From: Candidatus Latescibacterota bacterium
GTDB lineage: Bacteria > Latescibacterota > UBA2968 > GCA-2709665
DNA length: 64,000 nucleotides
NCBI GenBank assembly: GCA_965208835.1
Contig: OZ242358.1
Location: 288,001 to 352,000 of the forward strand
Direction of reading: 5' to 3'
Below, in pieces: positions 31,893 to 41,598 of this stretch (position 1 is its first letter; every line of letters starts with the position of its first letter). A program made the translations under genes and the position numbers. The notes beneath the pieces were generated by a model. That model saw nothing but the letters and a program-made list of their open reading frames with translations, did no database searches and was not told the origin of the DNA.

Positions 31893-32372
31893 TCACTCGC
31901 ACCCGTCAAGGAGACGGTCCATCTTCTCCCGCGTCACATCGCGATGCAGTTCCTCGTTGATGAGTACCGCGGGCGCCCCCTCGCAGGCCGCGATGCACTC
32001 CACCTTGGCGAGGGTAAACCTCCCGTCCCCGGTGGTTTCGCCCACGTCGATTTTCAGCTTTTCCTTGAGATGCTTCGTGATTTCCCCGGCCCCGCAAAGC
32101 GCGCAGGACAGCGTTCCGCACACGTGGATAACGTATTTGCCCACGGGCGCCTTGTGGAACATGGGATAGAAGCTCATCACGCCCGCCGCGTGGGCCGGCG
32201 GAATATCCAGAAGGTCCGCGACGTATCTCAGCCCTTCGAGCGAGATGTACCCCCACTCCTTCTGCGCAAGGTGCAGAACCGGAAGGATTGCCGCCTTGCG
32301 CCACTCCGGCGGATAGTGCGTGATCAACTCCTCACACTTCTCCCGCGTCTTTTCAGACAGCGCGATCGCCAT
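31893..32372 (-). CDS. nuoE: NADH-quinone oxidoreductase subunit E
   Basis: VCGTLSCALCG and ECIAACEGAP 2Fe-2S motifs. Confidence 0.95.
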   Translation of the reverse strand: MAIALSEKTREKCEELITHYPPEWRKAAILPVLHLAQKEWGYISLEGLRYVADLLDIPPAHAAGVMSFYPMFHKAPVGKYVIHVCGTLSCALCGAGEITKHLKEKLKIDVGETTGDGRFTLAKVECIAACEGAPAVLINEELHRDVTREKMDRLLDGCE

Positions 32373-32411
32373 TTTTGTTGACCCGTGAAAATGATGCCGC
32401 GGTGGGGCAAC

Positions 32412-34184
32412 TTACCTGTCCAACTCTCCCGCGATGACGTTTATGCTTCCCAGGATGGCCACGACGTCGGCCACCATATGTCCGTGCGCCAGTTGCGGGA
32501 AACACTGGTAATTCATGAACGACGGGGGCCTTACCCGAAGCCTGTAGGCGGCCCCGCTTCCGTCGCTGACAACATAGAAGCCCAATTCCCCGTTGGGACT
32601 CTCCGTAGCCACGTAAATCTCTCCGGGGGGCGGTGCGATTCCGTGATCGTCCATCGTTACCTTGAAGTGGTGGATCAGCGATTCCATCCCGGTATACACG
32701 TCGTCCTTTTCAGGAAGAATGACCTTGGCGTCGTCGACCTTGACGGCCCCTCCGGGAAGGTTGTTCACCGCCTGTTCGACGATCCGGATGCTCTGGTTCA
32801 ATTCCTCCATCCGGACGAGGTAGCGGTCGTACACATCTCCCTTTTCGCCAACGGGAACCTCGAAGTCATACTCCTCGTAGCCCAGATAGGGTTCGGCCTT
32901 CCGCAAATCGTAGTTCACGCCCGACCCGCGCGCCATCGGCCCCGTCATGTTCCACTCGATGGCGTCTTCGGCCGAAATCACGCCGATTCCCTTGGTACGG
33001 TCGATCCAGATCCTGTTTCGGGTCAGCAGCCTGTCCACCTCCCCTGCCGCCCTGGGGAATTGCGCCGTGAAATCCGTTACCAGTTCGTGGAAATTGTCAG
33101 GCACGTCCCAGCCCAGACCGCCGACCCGTGTATAACTCGTGGTCAAACGGGTCCCGGTGACGGCCTCGAAGATATCGTAAAGGCGTTCACGTTGTTCGAA
33201 GGTGTACAGGAACACCGTCATCGCGCCGATATCCAGCGCGTGCGTGCCCAGCCAGACCATATGGTCCGCGATGCGCGACAGCTCCGAAAGGATGACGCGG
33301 ATTACCGTGGCGCGCGGCGGGATTTCCAGGCCCATCAGTTCTTCCACCGTCATCGCAAAACCGATGTTATTGCACAACGGCGAAAGGTAGTTCATCCGGT
33401 CGGTCACCGTGACCCACTGGTTGTACGTATGGTGTTCACCCAGTTTTTCAAAGCCCGTATGCAGGTAGCCGATGTCCGGAATGCACCTGGAGATGCGCTC
33501 GCCTTCCAGTTCGAGCGTGAGCCGAAGCGTACCATGGGTCGCCGGATGCTGGGGTCCGAGATTCAGGACCATGCGTTCCGATGCCAGCGGATCGTCGTCC
33601 GGAACATCGTCGCCCTCGAAGGGATTGCCCTCGAACCCGGGATCTTCCGGCGCGATGACGTCCCGTTCTCCGCGGCCGTTTACCGGGTAGTCTTTTCTCA
33701 GCGGATGGTATTTGAAATTCACCGGCATCAATATGCGCCGTAAATCCGGATGTCCCTCGAACCGGATGCCAAACATATCGTAGGCTTCACGCTCCGGCCA
33801 CTCGGCCCCCTTCCACAACCCGCACGCGGACGGGATGCAGCAGGTTTCATCATCCACCTTCGCCCTGAGCCTGAACCGGTGGTTGTGAAGGTGGGAATAT
33901 AGATGATAGACCACGTTGAACCGGGTGCCCGGATGCGGTCCCGGATACTCGGAATAATCGACCGCCGTCACATCCGACAGACGGTCGTACGCCAGGTCCG
34001 GATCGTCCCGCAGAAAGGCCAGCATATCCGATACCCGGTCCGCCTCGCATACGGCCACCCAATCGCCGCGAAAATCCGAAACCTCGAGGACGTCTTCGCC
34101 GAACCGTTCCTCCAGCTTCTTCGAAGTCAGGTTTCGGACCTCCGTGTCAGCCACCAGTGTCCCGCTTTTCTTTTCCAGGGCCAT
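32412..34184 (-). CDS. nuoCD: Fused NADH-quinone oxidoreductase subunits C/D
   Basis: [22 protein letters not shown] (C) and [14 protein letters not shown]...GELDR (D) in one ORF. Confidence 0.95.
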   Translation of the reverse strand: MALEKKSGTLVADTEVRNLTSKKLEERFGEDVLEVSDFRGDWVAVCEADRVSDMLAFLRDDPDLAYDRLSDVTAVDYSEYPGPHPGTRFNVVYHLYSHLHNHRFRLRAKVDDETCCIPSACGLWKGAEWPEREAYDMFGIRFEGHPDLRRILMPVNFKYHPLRKDYPVNGRGERDVIAPEDPGFEGNPFEGDDVPDDDPLASERMVLNLGPQHPATHGTLRLTLELEGERISRCIPDIGYLHTGFEKLGEHHTYNQWVTVTDRMNYLSPLCNNIGFAMTVEELMGLEIPPRATVIRVILSELSRIADHMVWLGTHALDIGAMTVFLYTFEQRERLYDIFEAVTGTRLTTSYTRVGGLGWDVPDNFHELVTDFTAQFPRAAGEVDRLLTRNRIWIDRTKGIGVISAEDAIEWNMTGPMARGSGVNYDLRKAEPYLGYEEYDFEVPVGEKGDVYDRYLVRMEELNQSIRIVEQAVNNLPGGAVKVDDAKVILPEKDDVYTGMESLIHHFKVTMDDHGIAPPPGEIYVATESPNGELGFYVVSDGSGAAYRLRVRPPSFMNYQCFPQLAHGHMVADVVAILGSINVIAGELDR

Positions 34185-34237
34185 GCGTTCGCCCAATCGT
34201 CACACGTTAAAAGTCAATTCCTCTGTCGCTTAGTTCC

Positions 34238-34603
34238 TCAGTCCCAATCCAGGCCGCCCTTCCGCCAAACATACGCGAGCCCGAGAACCAGGACACCGAG
34301 GAACACCGCCATTTCCGTAAAAACAAAGCTCCCCTGAGCCAGCAGATCCTTGAAAACGACGGCCCAGGGGTATAGAAAGACGACTTCGATATCGAAGACG
34401 ATAAACAGCATCGCCACAACGTAAAACTTGACGGAGAACCGCAGCCTGGCGTCGCCCACGGGAGGAACGCCCGACTCGTACGGCGATAATTTAACCGGGT
34501 TGGGACGGCGGGGCCCGAACAGATGCGTAATGATCAAACTGACGGCGGCAAACCCGACGGCCACTGCCATCAGAATAACAATCGGAAGATAATCGACCAG
34601 CAT
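34238..34603 (-). CDS. nuoA: NADH-quinone oxidoreductase subunit A
   Basis: PYESG, FIVFDIEVVFLYPWA. Confidence 0.96.
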   Translation of the reverse strand: MLVDYLPIVILMAVAVGFAAVSLIITHLFGPRRPNPVKLSPYESGVPPVGDARLRFSVKFYVVAMLFIVFDIEVVFLYPWAVVFKDLLAQGSFVFTEMAVFLGVLVLGLAYVWRKGGLDWD

Positions 34604-34682
34604 CGTGCGCCTGGACCTCCCACGTACTCAAGAAGCGGATCCGGAATGGCATTCACTCCGAGGACCGCTTTTCGGCGGTGAA

Positions 34683-34711
34683 AGTATATCACAAGGAGTA
34701 CCAAATGTCAA
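34683..34711 (-). promoter_or_regulatory. Near-consensus sigma70 promoter of the nuo operon
   Basis: TTGACA-17 bp-TATACT about 80 bp upstream of nuoA. Confidence 0.75.
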
Positions 34712-34940
34712 GGCATTCCCATTGTCATTGAAAGCCCTGCTCACCGGGAGATAAATCGGTCGTACGGGGAGCGGTTTCTCCCTCCGTACGACTGGAGAAT
34801 TCGATCGAATACGACGGGTTGCGGATGGATGAATATCTGTTGACACAGCCTGTAATGTCGCTCATATTTTCGCGACGCACGGTCTCGGCTATGGATACTC
34901 CTTTCACGTTCGCAGACGACTGCCAAGGTCGATAACCTTA

Positions 34941-35102
34941 GAAGCTGTCTTAAAATTCCCAGCGGTCTTTGCGCGCCTGCAAAAGAGCCGGTCGGCGTTG
35001 GTCAAACCCGCCCGTATAGACAAATATGGGCGAATTTTCCCGCCTTGACCGCCACTTTTTCGCTCGCGCTCGGGAACTCACCGGTAATTTTAAAACAGCT
35101 TC
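34941..35102. mobile_element. MITE family A, copy 4 (162 bp) with TTA target duplication
   Basis: TTA-GAAGCTGTCTTAAAAT...ATTTTAAAACAGCTTC-TTA. Confidence 0.85.
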
Positions 35103-35118
35103 TTACGAGTAACTCGGT

Positions 35119-35697
35119 ATGTTTCGCAGGATTATTTCCATGTTAAATGCGAAGCCCCCGCCGCCTCCTTCGCCGCAGCTGGAAATGCAGCGGGATACGC
35201 TGCAGGACCTGCCGGAAATCAGGGTCCCCGAAGGGTATGGCCTGCGAACCTACCGTTCAGGCGACGAAGCCGGCTGGTGCGCGATCATGGAAGGTAACGT
35301 TGGGCGGGATTGGACTCCTGAACTATGTCGCGAGAAACTCGTTAACGATCCCCGCTTCCACCCCGAAAACCTCTATTTCGCCACCATCGATTCCCGGCTC
35401 GTGGGTTCCGCGTGTGCCTGGAGCCGGGATCTGACCGAGCGAATCGTCGGGGAAGTGCATATGGTTGCCGTACTTGAAGACCAGCGCGGGAAAGGCCTTG
35501 GACACCTCGTCAACGCGGCCGTACTCCACCGGCTCAGGGACCTGGGCTATCGCCAGGCCCACCTGCTGACCGACGACTGGCGCATCCCGGCCATCAAGAG
35601 CTATCTCACCGCCGGATTCCGGCCCCTGCACACCCACGACGATCACGCCAAACGGTGGTCGGACGTTTTTGCCCGACTCGGAATCGAGACTGGTTGA
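35119..35697 (+). CDS. GNAT family N-acetyltransferase
   Basis: VAVLEDQRGKGLG acetyl-CoA motif, AIKSYLTAGF. Confidence 0.88.
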   Translation: MFRRIISMLNAKPPPPPSPQLEMQRDTLQDLPEIRVPEGYGLRTYRSGDEAGWCAIMEGNVGRDWTPELCREKLVNDPRFHPENLYFATIDSRLVGSACAWSRDLTERIVGEVHMVAVLEDQRGKGLGHLVNAAVLHRLRDLGYRQAHLLTDDWRIPAIKSYLTAGFRPLHTHDDHAKRWSDVFARLGIETG

Positions 35698-35725
35698 CCG
35701 TCGTCATTTTCGTAAAGAGACAGAT

Positions 35726-36793
35726 ATGAAAGCAGCTGTACTCCACCGACCGCTGACCCGCGTCTCCGTCGAAGATGTGGACATCTCGTCTCCTCGCGAG
35801 GGTGAAGTGCTTCTGGATATCGTCGGCGCCGGGGTCTGCCACAGCGACTATCACTTCGTTGACGGACACGTCGCGCCTCGCGCGCTTCCCTGGGTTATGG
35901 GACACGAAGGCGCGGGGGTCGTCCGCGAAGTCGGCCCCGGGGTGACCGGTGTTCGCAATGGCGACAAGATCATTCTCTCGCTCGATGCAATGTGCGGATA
36001 TTGCCGCAATTGCAGCCATGGCAGCCCGGCGCTCTGCGAAACACATCAGGGCGAAGTACCGAGTCGCATCTCCAGACACGGGAAGGTCTATTTTCACAAC
36101 AGGCCCACCTATACCGAACAGTCCATCGTATCCGCGGATGCGTGCGTCAGGGTGCCGGACGACACGGACCTCAGGAAAGCGTGCCTGATCAGCTGCGCCG
36201 TGATCACGGGTATCGGCGCCGTGGTGAATCGCGCAAAGGTGGAAGCGGGCGCCGCAATGGCCGTATTCGGCTGCGGCGGCGTGGGCCTCAATGTCATCCA
36301 GGGCGGCGTCCTCGCATCGGCGGGGAAGATCATCGCTGTGGACAAGGTGCCGTACAAACTGGAACTGGCCGAACAGTTCGGCGCCACCCATTTCGTGAAT
36401 GCCGACACGGAAGATCCCGTACAGCGGATCGTGGAGATAACCGGCGGCGGCGCGGACTATGCGTTTGAAGTCGTGGGATTTCCGGCGCTGGTCAGACAGG
36501 CGTTTGCATCGGTCCGCGCCAGCGGGACCGCGGTCGTGGTGGGGGTGCAGCCAGCCGGGCAGGATATTTCCGTCGACGGCGATGATCTCTTGCGGGACCG
36601 CGCCGTGATGGGTTCCTGGCACGGCGCCGCCCGCGCCCGCGTGGATTTCCTCTGGATTCTGGATCTCTATCGACAGGGAAAGGTCAAGCTGGACGAGCTG
36701 ATATCCCGCTATCGCCCTCTGGATGAGATCAACGAGGCATTCGATGATATGCTCCAGGGAAAGGTCGCGCGGACGGTGCTGGTTTTCGATTGA
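35726..36793 (+). CDS. Zn-dependent alcohol dehydrogenase (class III-like)
   Basis: GVCHSD, GHEGAG, CGYCRNC..C, GCGGVG. Confidence 0.92.
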   Translation: MKAAVLHRPLTRVSVEDVDISSPREGEVLLDIVGAGVCHSDYHFVDGHVAPRALPWVMGHEGAGVVREVGPGVTGVRNGDKIILSLDAMCGYCRNCSHGSPALCETHQGEVPSRISRHGKVYFHNRPTYTEQSIVSADACVRVPDDTDLRKACLISCAVITGIGAVVNRAKVEAGAAMAVFGCGGVGLNVIQGGVLASAGKIIAVDKVPYKLELAEQFGATHFVNADTEDPVQRIVEITGGGADYAFEVVGFPALVRQAFASVRASGTAVVVGVQPAGQDISVDGDDLLRDRAVMGSWHGAARARVDFLWILDLYRQGKVKLDELISRYRPLDEINEAFDDMLQGKVARTVLVFD

Positions 36794-36862
36794 GGGACGT
36801 TTCAGGCGTTAGTTTCGTCCCGAAATGGAGGAGGCGTTTTCACTCTCGGATAGGACTGAACA

Positions 36863-39304
36863 ATGGCATTGAAGAAATCCCAACTCTATTCATCGCTCTG
36901 GCAAAGCTGCGACGAGTTACGTGGCGGCATGGACGCGTCTCAGTACAAAGACTACGTCCTGACCCTTTTGTCTATGAAGTATGTCTCTGACAAACACGCC
37001 GCCGACCCTAACGCGCTCATCGAAGTTCCTCCAGGGGGCGGCTTTGCGGACATGGTGTCGTTGAGAGGCGACAAGGAAATCGGAGACAAGATAAACAAGA
37101 TCATCGGAAGGCTCGCAGAATCGAACGACTTGAAGGGCGTCATCGATCAGGCGGACTTCAATGACGAGAGTAAGCTCGGTTCGGGAAAGGAAATGCAGGA
37201 CCGGCTTTCCAAACTGGTTGCCATATTCGACGGTCTGGACTTTCGGGCCAACCGCGGTGGTGGCGATGATCTGCTCGGCGACGCGTACGAGTACCTGATG
37301 ATGCATTTCGCTACAGAGTCGGGCAAGAGCAAGGGGCAATTTTACACGCCCGCCGAGGTCTCCCGGATCATGGCGAAAGTGATCGGAATCGGACCGGACA
37401 CCCGCCAGGACCAGACCATCTACGATCCTACCTGTGGCTCAGGCTCGTTACTGCTCAAGGCCGCGGACGAGGCGCCAAGCGGCATCACTATCTATGGGCA
37501 GGAGATGGACAACGCCACCTGGGCACTGGCTCGAATGAATCTGATCCTCCACGGCCACCCGACCGCAGAACTGTGGCGCGGCAACACGCTGGCTTCACCT
37601 TATTTCAAGAGTCCTGACGACAGTCTCAAGACGTTCGACTTCGCCGTCGCGAATCCGCCCTTTTCGGCAAAGGCCTGGACCAGTGGCCTCAATCCGGAAC
37701 ACGACGAATACGGTCGGTTTGTATACGGTATACCCCCGGCAAAGAATGGTGACTATGCCTTTCTCTTGCACCTCATTGCGTCGCTAAGGAGCAACGGAAA
37801 GGGTGCGATTATTCTCCCGCACGGCGTCTTGTTCCGCGGGAACAAGGAAGCCGATATCCGCCGAAACCTTATCCGGCACGGCTTTATCAAGGGTATCATC
37901 GGCCTGCCTGCCAACTTGTTTTATGGCACGGGCATTCCTGCCTGCATACTGGTTATTGATAAGGCGAACGCACACGCTCGCAAGGGAATCTTCATGATCG
38001 ATGCGAGCAAGGGATTCCTCAAGGATGGCAATAAGAACCGCCTGCGAGCACAGGACATCCACCGGATTGTCGATGTGTTCAACAGGCAGATCGAGACGCC
38101 TCGATATTCCCGTATGGTGCCTGTAGCTGAGATTGGCAATCCGTCTAACGACTATAACCTCAACATCCCACGATATATTGATTCGAGTGACCCGGAGGAT
38201 CTGCACGATCTTTACGCCCACCTGCACGGCGGTATTCCAAACCGGGACCTCGACGCACTTGGCACTTATTGGGAGGTTTTTCCCTCGTTGCGTCAGTCGT
38301 TATTTGTAGGCAATGGTCGTCAGGGCTACAGCGACGCCAGGACTGAGACGCAGGACGTGAAGGCCACGATTCTGAACCACGTGGAGTTTAAGACCTATTG
38401 TAAACGGGTGTTGGACATTCTGAACAATTGGCGTGAACACCAGGATCCGCGCCTCAAGGGGATTGAAAACGGTACCGACCCACAAAATATCATCCAAGCG
38501 TTATCCGAAGACCTGCTTGCTGGGTTCTCCAACCTGCCGTTGATCGACACGTACGACGTATATCAGCGATTGATAGACTATTGGGACGGAGTCATGCAGG
38601 ACGATGTATATCTCATCACGGAAGATGGTTGGATCAAAGCGGCGAAGCCGCGTGGGATAATTCAAGACAAAGAGAAACGGATTGAAGAGACCCCAGATCT
38701 GACCATCAAGCGGACGAAATACAAAATGGATATGATCGCTCCCGCGGTGCTCGTCGCGCGCTACTTCGCTGCCGATCAAGCGAACATCGACGCATTACAA
38801 ACCGTTGAAGAGGCTGCGACCAGCGAGCTGTCTGAGTTTGTTGAAGAACACACGGGCGAGGATGGGTTGCTGCAGGACGCAACGAATGACAAAGGAAGAG
38901 TCACCAAGACCGGGGTGACGATGCGGCTCAGGATAATCCGGGATGAGCCGGATAGCGTCGAAGAACGAGACATTCTGACACGCTTTATGGATCTGACGAA
39001 GGAAGAGTCGAAGGCAAGTAAGGATTTAAACGACAGCAAATCCGCGTTGGATTACAAGGTACTAGCCCGGTATCAAACGCTAACCGAGGACGAGATTAAG
39101 TCACTTGTGGTCGACGACAAATGGTTTGGAACAATCTACGCCACGATTCTCGAAGAGGTGCAGCGGCTTACCCAGCAGCTTACCGATAGAATAGGGGAAC
39201 TGGAAAAGCGGTACGCTCGAACGCTTCCTGAGTTGGAGCGGGAGGTCTATAGATACAGCGCGAAGGTCAAGGGCCACCTGAAGAGAATGGGGCTATCACT
39301 GTGA
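36863..39304 (+). CDS. hsdM: Type I R-M methyltransferase subunit (long form)
   Basis: GQFYTP, DPTCGSGSLL, NPPF (m6A), LPHGVLFRG. Confidence 0.95.
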   Translation: MALKKSQLYSSLWQSCDELRGGMDASQYKDYVLTLLSMKYVSDKHAADPNALIEVPPGGGFADMVSLRGDKEIGDKINKIIGRLAESNDLKGVIDQADFNDESKLGSGKEMQDRLSKLVAIFDGLDFRANRGGGDDLLGDAYEYLMMHFATESGKSKGQFYTPAEVSRIMAKVIGIGPDTRQDQTIYDPTCGSGSLLLKAADEAPSGITIYGQEMDNATWALARMNLILHGHPTAELWRGNTLASPYFKSPDDSLKTFDFAVANPPFSAKAWTSGLNPEHDEYGRFVYGIPPAKNGDYAFLLHLIASLRSNGKGAIILPHGVLFRGNKEADIRRNLIRHGFIKGIIGLPANLFYGTGIPACILVIDKANAHARKGIFMIDASKGFLKDGNKNRLRAQDIHRIVDVFNRQIETPRYSRMVPVAEIGNPSNDYNLNIPRYIDSSDPEDLHDLYAHLHGGIPNRDLDALGTYWEVFPSLRQSLFVGNGRQGYSDARTETQDVKATILNHVEFKTYCKRVLDILNNWREHQDPRLKGIENGTDPQNIIQALSEDLLAGFSNLPLIDTYDVYQRLIDYWDGVMQDDVYLITEDGWIKAAKPRGIIQDKEKRIEETPDLTIKRTKYKMDMIAPAVLVARYFAADQANIDALQTVEEAATSELSEFVEEHTGEDGLLQDATNDKGRVTKTGVTMRLRIIRDEPDSVEERDILTRFMDLTKEESKASKDLNDSKSALDYKVLARYQTLTEDEIKSLVVDDKWFGTIYATILEEVQRLTQQLTDRIGELEKRYARTLPELEREVYRYSAKVKGHLKRMGLSL

Positions 39305-39325
39305 TAAAAACTGAGGAGCGATGAC

Positions 39326-40171
39326 GTGTCTGCTTCAGATGCCCAAACACTCCCAACCGTCCCGTTCGGACGATATCGGATCAGCCGGCTTATCATGGGC
39401 GACAATCCGATCTATGGATATTCACACTTCAATCAGCTGCTCTCGGAACATCAGAAGGAAGCCAATACATCCGATCAGGTGATCGCGACCCTGCGCCGCG
39501 CCGAGGCAGTGGGCATCAACGCCTGGCAGAATACTCTGACCGACCGATCTGCCGCCGATCTTCAACGATACCGTGACGAGGGAGGTACAATCCATTACTT
39601 CTGTCTCAGCGGCGGTGGAAACTGGTATGACGATCCCTCGCTGATCGACGAAGCCGCCAAACACGGTCCGATTGGTATGGCGCCCCATGGTAGCGGTGTC
39701 GCAGGGCGATGTTTGAAGGAGAATCGCCTCGGGCATCTTCAGGATATCCTCAAGCGCATTCGGAACACCGGTGCCATGGTCGGCCTATCGGTTCACAATC
39801 CCCGCATCATCGATATTGCCGAAGAAGAAGATTGGGATATCGACTACTACATGACCGCCCTGTACTATCTGGAAGGCGCACGAGAGGAATTCGAACGACA
39901 ATTCGGTTATCCGCCGCTCGGTGAAATCTACCTCCGCGAACATCGCGACCGAATGTGTCGCATTATAAGACGCACCTCCAAACCCTGCATCGTCTTCAAA
40001 GTCCTCGCCGCCGGACGTTCGATTGGTTCCCGGAATCGGATTCGTGAAGAATTCGCGTATGCCCTCGATAACATCAAGGCCAACGACGTCCTTCTGGTCG
40101 GGATGTATCAGAAATTCAACGATCAACTGGGCGAAAACGCGGCGATCGTAGCTGAATTGTGTCATGGATAG
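39326..40171 (+). CDS. Aldo/keto-reductase-like TIM-barrel hypothetical protein
   Basis: LPTVPFG..RISRLIMGDNP N-terminus, GLSVHNP, KPCIVFKVLAAGR. Confidence 0.6.
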   Translation: MSASDAQTLPTVPFGRYRISRLIMGDNPIYGYSHFNQLLSEHQKEANTSDQVIATLRRAEAVGINAWQNTLTDRSAADLQRYRDEGGTIHYFCLSGGGNWYDDPSLIDEAAKHGPIGMAPHGSGVAGRCLKENRLGHLQDILKRIRNTGAMVGLSVHNPRIIDIAEEEDWDIDYYMTALYYLEGAREEFERQFGYPPLGEIYLREHRDRMCRIIRRTSKPCIVFKVLAAGRSIGSRNRIREEFAYALDNIKANDVLLVGMYQKFNDQLGENAAIVAELCHG

Positions 40172-40239
40172 TCAAGTGTGAGTCAGCGGCAGTTTATCTA
40201 CAGGCGTTGTTATGCAAAGATTGTGTGCGAGTATATCTG

Positions 40240-41598
40240 ATGAACAATGAACCCGATTCCATGGGCAAACGCCTTGACGTCGGACATAAACAATCGGGGA
40301 ATTTGCCGGTGGGTTACAAGCGAACTGAACTCGGTCTACTGCCTGACACGTGGGACGCAGTGCTTCTCGGTGACCTGTTCGTTTTCAAGAATGGCTTAAA
40401 CAAAGCCAAGCGTTTCTTCGGTACCGGGACACCTATCGTCAATTACATGGACGTTTTTGATCGCCCGGGGCTTAGTGCGGACGACCTATCAGGCAAGGTT
40501 TACCTCAGTCCTGAAGAGATCAAGAAATATGAGGTGCGGCAGGGAGACGTTTTCTTTACGCGTACTTCCGAGACTATAGAGGATGTTGGTGTTACATCCG
40601 TAATGCTCAACGAGCCCCGTGATACCGTGTTCAGTGGTTTTGTTCTTCGCGCCCGGCCGCGCGATGGTCGACTTGACAACAGCTACAAACAGTATTGCTT
40701 TGGACCCAGAGCAGTTAGGTCCCAGATCGTATCAAATGCAACATACACAACCCGTGCTCTGACGAATGGTCGATCCCTATCGGCAGTGTGGATCCCAGTT
40801 CCACCGAAGCCTGAGCAACGTGCCATCGCCGAGGCATTGTCGGATGTGGATGGTTTGCTTGCGGAGTTGGATGCGCTGATCGCCAAGAAGGGAGCCATCA
40901 AGCACGCCGCTATGCAGCAACTCCTCAAAGGCAAGAGCCGTTTGCAGGGGTTCAGCGGGGCGTGGCAGACTAAGCGGTTGGGAGATATGGGACGCTGCCT
41001 ACGCGGTGTTAGCTACGATCCGACGACAGACTTGTCTAGCTATGATAAAGACAGCACGGTAAGGCTTCTTCGATCGAGCAATATCCAAGATGCTGTCGTG
41101 ACGCCAACAGATGTCCATTATGTTGAAGCGCGAAAAGTGTCCGAGTCCCAAGTTATGCAACATAATGACATACTCGTCTGTATGGCGAATGGCAGTAAGG
41201 AGTTAGTCGGAAAAGCCGGGCTTTTTCGCATCCAAGATGGATATGCCTATACCTTTGGAGCGTTCATGGGATGCTTTCGCATCGAACTAACTATTGCTGA
41301 TCCGAGGTATGTATTTTATCTCTTCCAGTCATGCGAATTCCGCGACTTTGTTGGCCTAATCTTAGCTGGATCAAGCATCAACAATCTAAAGCCAAGCGAT
41401 ATCGAATCGGCTGAATTCCATATTCCAGACAGAAATGAACAACACGCAATCGCAGGCGTCCTCTCCGACATTGACACCGAGGTCGCCGGCTTGGAAGGAC
41501 GCAGGGAAAAGGCTTTCCTAATCAAGCGAGCCATGATGGAGCAACTTCTAACCGGGCGGGTGCGGCTGATCGAGGCAGAAGGAACAGAGGATGGCTAG
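40240..41598 (+). CDS. hsdS: Type I R-M specificity subunit
   Basis: GYKRTELGLLPDTW, two TRDs, PPKPEQRAIAEALSDVD and EQHAIAGVLSDID, MEQLLTGRVRL. Confidence 0.93.
   Translation: MNNEPDSMGKRLDVGHKQSGNLPVGYKRTELGLLPDTWDAVLLGDLFVFKNGLNKAKRFFGTGTPIVNYMDVFDRPGLSADDLSGKVYLSPEEIKKYEVRQGDVFFTRTSETIEDVGVTSVMLNEPRDTVFSGFVLRARPRDGRLDNSYKQYCFGPRAVRSQIVSNATYTTRALTNGRSLSAVWIPVPPKPEQRAIAEALSDVDGLLAELDALIAKKGAIKHAAMQQLLKGKSRLQGFSGAWQTKRLGDMGRCLRGVSYDPTTDLSSYDKDSTVRLLRSSNIQDAVVTPTDVHYVEARKVSESQVMQHNDILVCMANGSKELVGKAGLFRIQDGYAYTFGAFMGCFRIELTIADPRYVFYLFQSCEFRDFVGLILAGSSINNLKPSDIESAEFHIPDRNEQHAIAGVLSDIDTEVAGLEGRREKAFLIKRAMMEQLLTGRVRLIEAEGTEDG

Noticed and set aside
29437-33743. Long plus-strand ORFs (29437-31008, 32385-33743; likewise 10413-11657 and 26093-27373)
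   Set aside because: Antisense shadows of well-supported nuo/atp genes in GC-rich DNA, with no recognisable motifs
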